A DNA stretch of 64,000 nt. Source: Nitrososphaerota archaeon. GTDB taxonomy: Archaea; Thermoproteota; EX4484-205; JAAOZP01. The stretch covers positions 224,001 through 288,000 of the forward strand of contig JAAOZP010000017.1 of NCBI GenBank assembly GCA_011605725.1, written 5' to 3'. The notes below the pieces were generated by a model that saw only the letters and a list, made by a program, of their open reading frames with translations, searched no databases and was not told where the DNA came from. Positions 9,157 through 16,858 of the stretch are shown one piece after another. Position 1 is the first letter of the stretch. Each line of letters starts with the position of its first letter. The translations under genes and the position numbers were made by a program.

Positions 9157-9714
9157 CTAAGGTATGAATACTGCTGCCGCGACGACTGTTGTCCACATAC
9201 CGTCCTTGTTTCCCACTGCGGACTGGGTTATGCTCATCGTCTTAACCCTGCGGCCACTTATCTTCCATATTTCTTTCTGTTCATCCCAGCTCTTATCTAT
9301 GTCGAACGGAACACCGAGCGTGGAGGCAAGCATGAAGGCTGCAAGATCCTCAGCGTAGTCTCCAGCCTTCTTCTCAGTCTGGCCGAAGGAATGGTGCTCA
9401 CTCAAATAGCCGTAGCTCTCGTCGTCGAGAGGCTTAGCCATGCCTATTGAAGCCGCTATGAGCCTGTTAGGCTCGTTCGTCTCATTCTTAGCCAGCACTA
9501 CGAAGATTATCTGTCCAGGCTTAAGCTTGCTTAACCCCTCCTCTCTGCTTATCACTTTGCATCCAGGCGGTATTATGCTTGAAATCGGAACAAGGTTGAA
9601 CTGGGCTATGCCAGCATCCCTAAGAGCTATTTCGAAGGATGCGAGCCTCTCCCTGTGCACGCCCACCCCCTTCGTGAAGAATACTTCCCTCGGCACGAAA
9701 CCAAATCCTTCCAT
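9157..9714 (-). CDS. pdaD: Pyruvoyl-dependent arginine decarboxylase
   Basis: SFEIALRDAGIAQFNLVPISSIIPP, containing the Ser-Ser autocleavage site; YGYLSEHH; TTVVAAAVF. Confidence 0.92.
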   Translation of the reverse strand: MEGFGFVPREVFFTKGVGVHRERLASFEIALRDAGIAQFNLVPISSIIPPGCKVISREEGLSKLKPGQIIFVVLAKNETNEPNRLIAASIGMAKPLDDESYGYLSEHHSFGQTEKKAGDYAEDLAAFMLASTLGVPFDIDKSWDEQKEIWKISGRRVKTMSITQSAVGNKDGMWTTVVAAAVFIP

Positions 9715-9842
9715 TCTCTAACTATTGGAAAAGGAGGTGTGAGAAAGGTTTAAGATAAAGTTTTCTCTTCACGTGTAAGCCGTGAGAGGCACTGGTCTAC
9801 TGCGTCTAGGAGTCGGCCACTGAACAACCGGGCGGCGTCCCG

Positions 9843-10532
9843 TTGGAAGTGTTGCTTAAAATGGTTGACAGCATGGTGGAAACCGGGAGGTTCGACCTCC
9901 ACGTACACACTTTCTTCTCTAGGGACTCGCTCCTAGACCCGAGGCTGCTGCCCAAGGTGGCTGCTTCAAGAGGACTCGCCGGCTTGGCTGTGACTGACCA
10001 TAATTTTTTCGGAGCTCACAGGATGCTGGAGTCAAGCAGCCTCATAGTTGTACCAGGAATGGAGATAAGGACTAGCGCTGGGGATATAATAGTCCTCTTC
10101 ATACAGGAGCCGGTTCTGTCCAGAGATCCTCTCGAGGTTTATGAACTGGTTAAGAAGCAGGACGGCATACTGATTGCGGCGCATCCTTTCGGCTTCCCGA
10201 GGCTTAGCAGTATGATTGAGGAGTTTACACGGCTTCTAGACGGTGTTGAAGTGGTTAACTCCAGAAACCTTTTCAGAAGGCAGAACCAGAAGGCGCTTGA
10301 GCTTGCCAGGAGGCTTGGAAAGGCTGAGACAGGAGGGAGTGACGCTCACACTTTATACGAAGTCGGTAAAGCATATACTCTTGCAGCTGCTTCCAGCCTT
10401 GAGGAACTGCGTGCAGCGATTAGAAGCAGGATGACGAAGGGTTCAGGAGGCTTAAGCATCCCCCTGGTGCACTTGGCAAGCTTTTCAGCAAGCATTGTTC
10501 ATAAGCTAGCCCGCCGGCCTCCATTTTTCTAA
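9843..10532 (+). CDS. PHP-domain phosphoesterase
   Basis: DLHVHT, TDHN, AAHP and GGSDAH motifs. The true start is probably 9861-9876. Confidence 0.88.
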   Translation: MEVLLKMVDSMVETGRFDLHVHTFFSRDSLLDPRLLPKVAASRGLAGLAVTDHNFFGAHRMLESSSLIVVPGMEIRTSAGDIIVLFIQEPVLSRDPLEVYELVKKQDGILIAAHPFGFPRLSSMIEEFTRLLDGVEVVNSRNLFRRQNQKALELARRLGKAETGGSDAHTLYEVGKAYTLAAASSLEELRAAIRSRMTKGSGGLSIPLVHLASFSASIVHKLARRPPFF

Positions 10533-10620
10533 TCGTCGCTCAACATGTTTGGCGAATACTGGTTTAAACACGTAGGGCTCAGCATCAACATTATAATCGA
10601 AACTGTTGAAGCGTTTTAAG

Positions 10621-10650
10621 TTTTGAAAAATAAAAAAAGGAGGAGGGGTT
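10621..10650 (-). terminator. Oligo-T terminator of the lysine-rich peptide gene
   Basis: The minus strand reads cccctcctcctttttttatttttc, starting about 13 nt after the stop. Confidence 0.55.
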
Positions 10651-10661
10651 TAAAAGTGCGG

Positions 10662-10718
10662 TCAACACTTCTTAGTCTTCTTAGCCTTCTTCTTAGTTGC
10701 CTTCTTCTTAGCAGCCAT
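10662..10718 (-). CDS. 18-aa lysine-rich peptide MAAKKKATKKKAKKTKKC
   Basis: Manual translation of ATG(10718)..TGA(10662). All 10 Lys codons are AAG. BRE/TATA aaaaagTTTAAG lies about 30 bp upstream and a T-tract lies downstream. Confidence 0.65.
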   Translation of the reverse strand: MAAKKKATKKKAKKTKKC

Positions 10719-10787
10719 CTTCAAGAAGAAGTTATGCAAGCATACACTTAAACTTTTTGTTTTTTAACTTTTTAACCAGCTATTGAT

Positions 10788-11954
10788 TCAGCCGACTAGG
10801 CTGTCAAAGGTTTCTAGAAACTCTCCTTCCAATCCGACAGGTATCACTCCTGAAGCTGCAACACTGTGACCATCTCCAAACCCTCCGTGCCCAGCGCATG
10901 CTTCAGGAAGAATCCTCGATAATGGTGGCTTAACACCCTCCTCTATCATCTTTCTCAGTCTTAAAGGTGCTCTCGCAGACACTTTAACATAGTCTTTACG
11001 AAGCAGACCGTAGCCAGGTATTTCCCTCGGGATCCTCATGAAGCCAATCAAGTATTTACTGTCGTCAACAATCCTCTGATAGCTTAAGAAGGATGTGAAG
11101 CTTCCAAGAACTTTACTGCCCATTCCTTTGAAAAAACCTCCGGAGTCGAACCATTGCAGGCTCCTCTTCTCCCCCAGCCCCTTCCTGATTATCGTGGCTA
11201 GAAGAGCCTTGTTAGCCCTCCTCCTCTCCTCCTCAAGTTTCTCCGAGAAGCTAAGAACCTCCTGGTTGAAGCCCTTTAAACAGGCTTCAAGAGCCTTCTC
11301 CACACCCCCCTTGTAATATCCTACTGAGGCCAGTATAGTGAGGATCTGGGAGGCATTAACCCTTGAAAGGCCGAAGCCCTCGGCAACTATCTTGAAGTCT
11401 CTTCCCGACTGTTTCACAACACCCTCCTTCAAAGAATCTTCAAAGGCGATCTTGTTGAGGCCAGCTGCTTCCCCGGGTATTTCAACCGAGCCTATCACAG
11501 CCAGATGGGAAAGCCTGCTCAGGCTCCTATCAGCCATCTTGGCGAAAAGATAGGCGACTGTTGAGGCTGAAGCGTCTCTCTCACCAAGATAGCCGTAGAG
11601 CTCAGGATTCAGGTTTAGAACATTGTTTTTCCGGGAAGGCTTAGTATCGTGGTGGTCTAGGATAACCGCCAAGCATTCTTTCCCAATATTCTCCTCTATC
11701 TTCTCAACATGCGCTGAGCCGATGTCGGTGAAAACTGCCACAGGATACTTGGAGAGGGTTTCCACCAGGACCTCTGGGAAAAGCTTGTCTAGGCAGAGGG
11801 TGTTAATGTTGAAACCCATTTTCTCAAGAGCTGTTTTAACTATCGCCGCTGAGCAAACCCCATCGGCCTCGTCATGATGAATTAAAACAGCCTCACCCAC
11901 CCTGCGCCTAAGCTCTTCAACAGCCTTCACAAGGCTTGCTTCAAACTGTTCCAA
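10788..11954 (-). CDS. DHH/DHHA1 phosphoesterase (RecJ-like family)
   Basis: HHDEADG, FTDIGS, LDHHD, VSAR and GDGHSVAASG motifs. Confidence 0.88.
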   Translation of the reverse strand: MEQFEASLVKAVEELRRRVGEAVLIHHDEADGVCSAAIVKTALEKMGFNINTLCLDKLFPEVLVETLSKYPVAVFTDIGSAHVEKIEENIGKECLAVILDHHDTKPSRKNNVLNLNPELYGYLGERDASASTVAYLFAKMADRSLSRLSHLAVIGSVEIPGEAAGLNKIAFEDSLKEGVVKQSGRDFKIVAEGFGLSRVNASQILTILASVGYYKGGVEKALEACLKGFNQEVLSFSEKLEEERRRANKALLATIIRKGLGEKRSLQWFDSGGFFKGMGSKVLGSFTSFLSYQRIVDDSKYLIGFMRIPREIPGYGLLRKDYVKVSARAPLRLRKMIEEGVKPPLSRILPEACAGHGGFGDGHSVAASGVIPVGLEGEFLETFDSLVG

Positions 11955-12350
11955 GCCTGTTTATTGATGAACAGAAGGAGGAAATAAATGTTAGAAACGA
12001 GTATGACACCCTACAACCGAGGCTTGAAAGCTCCTATTCATCGTTCCAGCGGCTCACCCTGCCTGGTTAAGGGCTGTGTTAAACAAGCTTTGCTGTACCC
12101 GTATACTCATGGTCAGGCTTTATCATTTTGGTTACATGATTATGGTCTAGTTACAGGAGTAGTTGCAGCGCGGACATTTAGCTACGTCAAGAACCAGTAG
12201 GCGTGCAGAAATTTTACAACACGCGCTACATCATTTATCGTGAGCATGCTAAAGCAATTAATCGTTTAAGACAAGCTTGAGAAAATCAAGGCTCGCCCCG
12301 GGTGGGGAAACAGATATAAGCATACGCATAGAGCTTTTCACTGAGGATTC

Positions 12351-13292
12351 TTGCTGAGCGAGGATATCGTTAAGGCTGTTGAAAAAGTTAAGCCAAGCAT
12401 TGTTAACGTGAGCACTGTTAAAATGGTTTACGAGTTTTTCTTCTACGCTTTCCCTGTTCACGGCGTTGGCTCAGGCATAGTTGTCGACGAGGACGGGCTT
12501 TTCCTCACGAACCATCATGTGATAAGGGGCTCAGAACGTATTCAAGCATCCTTCTACGACGGGCTTATGGCGGAGGGCAGGGTTGTGGGTGTTGACCCGA
12601 GTCTGGACATAGCCTTGGTCAAAGTTGACGACGTGAGCCTTAAGCCCGCTGAACTAGGAGATTCGGACACGCTTAGAGTTGGCGAGATAGTTATCGCGGT
12701 GGGGAACCCGCTGGGGCTCGCCGGCGAGCCGACTGTAACCATGGGTGTTGTAAGCGCTTTAGACAGGCAGATAGTTTCGAGAGAACTTTTCTTCCCGGAG
12801 CTTATTCAGACGGATGCTGCGATAAATCCTGGGAACAGCGGTGGCCCCCTGGTCAACCTTAAGGGAGAGGTTGTAGCAGTTAATACTGCAGTAATACCCT
12901 TCGCCCAAGGCATAAGCTTCGCAATACCGATAAGCTCCGTAAAGCCTCTGGTGGAGTCTTTCAAGAAGTATGGCAGGATTGTTAAGCCTTGGCTTGGAGT
13001 CAAGTCGATAGATGTTAACAGGCAGATTGCAACCTATTACTCGCTCGGTGTTGACTATGGGGCGCTCGTCGTAGAGGTTTCTCCGAAGAGCCCTGCTGAG
13101 AGAGCTGGCCTAAGACCCGGGGATGTTGTCACGATGATAGACGGCAAGCCTGTTAAAAGCTCAGCTTCCCTAGTGAAGGAGCTTAGGAGGAAATCTGTCG
13201 GCCAGAGGATAGAGCTCCTTATCTACAGGGGTTACAGCAGGTATGTTGCTTCACCGGTTCTCGAGGAAGCCAGGTTTCAAACTCTTGGCTAA
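12351..13292 (+). CDS. HtrA/DegP-like trypsin serine protease with PDZ domain
   Basis: TNHHVI, DIAL and IQTDAAINPGNSGGPL motifs, with a C-terminal PDZ domain (SPAERAGLRPGD). Confidence 0.93.
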   Translation: MLSEDIVKAVEKVKPSIVNVSTVKMVYEFFFYAFPVHGVGSGIVVDEDGLFLTNHHVIRGSERIQASFYDGLMAEGRVVGVDPSLDIALVKVDDVSLKPAELGDSDTLRVGEIVIAVGNPLGLAGEPTVTMGVVSALDRQIVSRELFFPELIQTDAAINPGNSGGPLVNLKGEVVAVNTAVIPFAQGISFAIPISSVKPLVESFKKYGRIVKPWLGVKSIDVNRQIATYYSLGVDYGALVVEVSPKSPAERAGLRPGDVVTMIDGKPVKSSASLVKELRRKSVGQRIELLIYRGYSRYVASPVLEEARFQTLG

Positions 13293-13307
13293 AACTTACC
13301 TAAGCAT

Positions 13308-13796
13308 CTACCTGGAGGCAAGCTCCTGCACGAGGATCTGAACAGCCTTCTTGCTAAGCTCCCTAGCAGCCTGGTCGAGAGTAACGTATTTTAAAGCATC
13401 CTTCGGACAGTATTCGACGCACATCGGGTAACCATGTTTCTCACAGTAATCGCAGACTACGACCTTTCTCTTGTCGAGGTGCATCCTTACAACGCCGAAG
13501 GGGCATGTTTCAACACACCAGCCACACCCGTTACACTTGTTCTCATCCACAACTATGACTCCGTTAGGCTTCTGGGTTAAAGCGTCTCTCGGACATGCTT
13601 TAACACACAGAGGATCCTCGCATTTCCTGCAAGTTACAGCAAGATTCAGGAAGGGCTCTATTCTGACAACCCTTATCCTGGACTTCTTAATGTTGAGGAC
13701 GCCCTCGCTTGCAAAAGAGCACACGTATTCACATATCCTGCACCCGTTGCACCTGTCAGGGTCGCAAACAATTATCTTCCTAAGCCTCGACTCCAA
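13308..13796 (-). CDS. 4Fe-4S electron-transfer subunit (DmsB/AOR small-subunit-like)
   Basis: Four Cys clusters (CNGCRICEYVC, CRKCEDPLCVKACP, CNGCGWCVETCP, CDYC...CVEYCP). Overlaps the AOR stop. Confidence 0.9.
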   Translation of the reverse strand: MESRLRKIIVCDPDRCNGCRICEYVCSFASEGVLNIKKSRIRVVRIEPFLNLAVTCRKCEDPLCVKACPRDALTQKPNGVIVVDENKCNGCGWCVETCPFGVVRMHLDKRKVVVCDYCEKHGYPMCVEYCPKDALKYVTLDQAARELSKKAVQILVQELASR

Positions 13797-15630
13797 CCTC
13801 TTCCGCCTCCCTGGATAAGCCGAGCTCTAAAAGCTTGCGTTTCAACGGTATTCCATCCCTGCTCCAGCCCCTGCACTCGTAGTAACTGTCTAAAGCCTCC
13901 TCATACTCCTCCCTTTTTATAACCGCCCCCTTGACAACGTCGTCTGGCAACGGGTCTTCAAAAGCCCTTGGAGGAGGATAGTCATCCTTCCTAGTTACGC
14001 CGCACTTAACGTTGAAGCATCTCGCAACGTTATGTATTCTCTCACCCGCCCTCACTATCTGCTCGCCAGTCATGCTTAAGCCTGTTACAAGCGTGTAGAG
14101 CTTCGCAAGCTCATCCATGGATTGGAATATTCCTCTGGTGAACTTGCATATTATCAGGGAGTCTATCACAGCATACTGGTTTTCACCATCGTAAACTATC
14201 TTCCCCCTGCTCTTATCAAGCCTAAGCCTGTCAACCTTGCCTTTAACATCAACCTGGTATGAGCCCGACCTAAGATAGTCCGCACCCCTGTTGGAGACGG
14301 CGAAGCCCAGGGTTGAGGTTTGGAGAGACCTTAACTCGTACGCTGCCCACTCCAAACCCTTACAATGAACAGCGAACCTTTCAGAACCCTTCCCGACTAT
14401 TTGAGAAGCCCTCCTAACCCCCTCGCTGAGAAGTTTTCCAAGCCTACCCTCCTTGAGACACATTCTTCTTAGAGCCTCAAGCAGAGCCTCGTTACTGCCG
14501 AACCTGAGCTCAACACCGTCAGTATCCTCCTTCGTCAGAATACCCTTCTCGAAGCACTCCATAGCCCATCCCACTACGTTGCCCGCGGAAATCGTGTCGA
14601 CACCAAGCGTGTCGCAAATCTCAACAGCCTTGGTTATAGCGTCTAGGCTACGGATGCCACAGTTAGGCCCAAGAAGCGCCAGGCTCTCGTAGTCTACGCT
14701 TGAAACCGTGCCAGCGTAATCCTCCCTAGCCTGGTTAACATGGTCGCAAGCTATGGGGCATCCTGCGCACGCAATAATCTTCTTAACATGCGTCTTAAGC
14801 ATCATCTCGCCGGAGACTTCCTCAGCATACTCGAACGTACCCTTCTGGAAATTGTACGATGGTAGGCATCCCAGCTTGTTATGCACAAGAATGTTTGCAG
14901 GCGTCCCATACACCCTGTACTTCTCCGTCGCAGGCCCCTGGCAGCGCTCGTTCAACTCAGCTATGAACCTTACAAGACCCTGCGGGTCCGCGACCTCAAC
15001 ATCCCTAGTTCCTCTTACTGCGACAGCCTTAAGGTTTTTAGAGCCCATTACCGCGCCTAGGCCGCATCTACCTACCTGCCTGTTCCTCTCGTTCGTAATG
15101 TTCGCAAGCCTAACCATCCTTTCTCCAGCCGGACCTATTGAAGCTACTGTGAAAGACTCGTCTCCAAGCTCCTCCTTAATCATCTCTTCAGTCTCCCAGG
15201 TTGTCCTACCCCAGATGCTTGAAGCGTTTCTAAGCTCAACATTGTCATCGTCAATCATAAGGTAGACTGGTTTCTCAGACCTGCCTGTGAATACAACACC
15301 ATCCCAGCCTGCACTCTTAAACTCTGACGCGAAAAGGCCGGAGGAGATTCCGAAGCCGAAGATGCCTGTTAAAGGTGATTTCGCGAAAACAGCATACTTG
15401 TTGCCGGCTGTCGAGATGGTTCCTGCCAGCGGACCTGTCCACCAGATTAAAACGTTCTCCGGCGATAAAGGATCAACCTGCGCAGGGTTTGGAAGCATGT
15501 CATACAGGGTTCTAGCTCCAAACCCGTAGCCGCCTATGTAGTTTAGAGCCATTTGCTCCTCGATCTTCCCCACAGACGTCTTGCCGCGTGTCAAGTCAAC
15601 CATCAAGTATTTCCCAGCGTAGCCCTTCAA
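13780..15630 (-). CDS. aor: Tungsten-dependent aldehyde:ferredoxin oxidoreductase family protein
   Basis: KSPLTG, GRCGLGAVMGSKNLKA, CAGCPIAC, CDTLGVDTIS and DSLIICKF motifs; 616 aa. Confidence 0.93.
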   Translation of the reverse strand: MKGYAGKYLMVDLTRGKTSVGKIEEQMALNYIGGYGFGARTLYDMLPNPAQVDPLSPENVLIWWTGPLAGTISTAGNKYAVFAKSPLTGIFGFGISSGLFASEFKSAGWDGVVFTGRSEKPVYLMIDDDNVELRNASSIWGRTTWETEEMIKEELGDESFTVASIGPAGERMVRLANITNERNRQVGRCGLGAVMGSKNLKAVAVRGTRDVEVADPQGLVRFIAELNERCQGPATEKYRVYGTPANILVHNKLGCLPSYNFQKGTFEYAEEVSGEMMLKTHVKKIIACAGCPIACDHVNQAREDYAGTVSSVDYESLALLGPNCGIRSLDAITKAVEICDTLGVDTISAGNVVGWAMECFEKGILTKEDTDGVELRFGSNEALLEALRRMCLKEGRLGKLLSEGVRRASQIVGKGSERFAVHCKGLEWAAYELRSLQTSTLGFAVSNRGADYLRSGSYQVDVKGKVDRLRLDKSRGKIVYDGENQYAVIDSLIICKFTRGIFQSMDELAKLYTLVTGLSMTGEQIVRAGERIHNVARCFNVKCGVTRKDDYPPPRAFEDPLPDDVVKGAVIKREEYEEALDSYYECRGWSRDGIPLKRKLLELGLSREAEEVGVEA

Positions 15631-15632
15631 CC

Positions 15633-15926
15633 CTATCCTCCTCCAGCTACCGATGGGGCTAGAACAATCCTGTCGCCAGGGTTAACACGGTGCTCGCTGA
15701 CCCTGTTAAGGTCCACAACCCTCCCGTTAACTATTATCAGGGATGATTCCTCCATAGGCTTGCCGTCAGCCCCTATGAACTCTGAGCGTAAATCAGTGTT
15801 CGCGACCCTGCTGAGCTCCTCAAGGATCTCCAGCAGGCTGGCGCCGGGTTTCACACTGATCCTCATACTCCTCCTATTGAAGATTTCACGGAACCTTCCC
15901 ACCAGCTCCAGCTCCACCTCGTTCAC
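15633..15926 (-). CDS. MoaD/ThiS/SAMP ubiquitin-like sulfur carrier
   Basis: Beta-grasp size with IIVNGR and GDRIVLAPSVAGGG (C-terminal Gly-Gly). First gene of the AOR operon. Confidence 0.88.
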   Translation of the reverse strand: MNEVELELVGRFREIFNRRSMRISVKPGASLLEILEELSRVANTDLRSEFIGADGKPMEESSLIIVNGRVVDLNRVSEHRVNPGDRIVLAPSVAGGG

Positions 15927-16036
15927 GGCAGGTTAGAATGCCTTCAAGCATAATATAAGATTTTTCTAAGGTTTCCACACGCCCCCTAGGCATGGTAAAA
16001 GTTTTTCTACTGCTTTACTAGGTTTCCCCAGGTTAA

Positions 16037-16858
16037 TTGGCGACGAGGCTGGTTGAGAACGCTACGCTGCTGACTGTTGAGAAGCGTTTCTACACTGATT
16101 ATGTTCAACTAGTCCTCGACAGGAGCAGGTGTGTTTTCTGCGACGTCTGCATAAAGGTGTGCCCCAAGAGTGCGATTAGGCTTGCGAGGAAGGAAGACGG
16201 TTCGCTAACCCTTAAAATAGGGGAGGAGTGTAGCCTATGCGGCGCGTGCGAACCGTTCTGTCCGACTGGAGCGATAACAATAATGGTTAACGGTAAGCGT
16301 GTTAACCCTCTGGTCTCCTCAGGAGGATTCCCACTTCCTCTGCCTAAGATAAGGGTGGACCAGGCGAGATGCAGGATCGACTGTTTCGAGTGCTTCAAAG
16401 CCTGTCCCACCGGGGCTTTAAAAATAGACTCTGCACACAACGTTAAGGTTGACGAGGAAAAGTGTTTAAGATGCCCATGGTGTGAAGACGTTTGCCCCGA
16501 GAAAGCGATAAAAGTAAACCCATTGTTTGAGGGAACAGTCTTCATAGATGAGTCTAAATGCGACGAGAAGTGTGACGCCTGTGTTGAAACCTGTCCGACT
16601 AAAGCCATCGCTAAAACAGGTGGAAGAATAAGCATCAACCCTAGGTATTGCATACTATGCAACGCCTGTATCCATCTGGATGTCTGCAGGAACCATGCGA
16701 TAACCGTAGTCAGGCGGAGAGTCCTGCACGGGAAGGGTTTCTCAGCAGTCTGGGTTAACGCTGTCGAGAATCTCCTGAGTGGAAAAACCTTGGCGAGAGA
16801 GCTGGATTCTGAAGGCTACCGGAGGATAAGGAGGCTTATTGAGGAGGCGAGGCTCTGA
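16037..16858 (+). CDS. Polyferredoxin, FwdF-like (six 4Fe-4S motifs)
   Basis: Six CxxCxxCxxxC(P)-type motifs. The stop overlaps the hdrA start (TGATG). The FwdF resemblance is from recall. Confidence 0.8.
   Translation: MATRLVENATLLTVEKRFYTDYVQLVLDRSRCVFCDVCIKVCPKSAIRLARKEDGSLTLKIGEECSLCGACEPFCPTGAITIMVNGKRVNPLVSSGGFPLPLPKIRVDQARCRIDCFECFKACPTGALKIDSAHNVKVDEEKCLRCPWCEDVCPEKAIKVNPLFEGTVFIDESKCDEKCDACVETCPTKAIAKTGGRISINPRYCILCNACIHLDVCRNHAITVVRRRVLHGKGFSAVWVNAVENLLSGKTLARELDSEGYRRIRRLIEEARL

Noticed and set aside
11988-12200. 70-aa ORF in the DHH/HtrA divergent spacer
   Set aside because: No recognizable motif or convincing expression signals; it may be debris.
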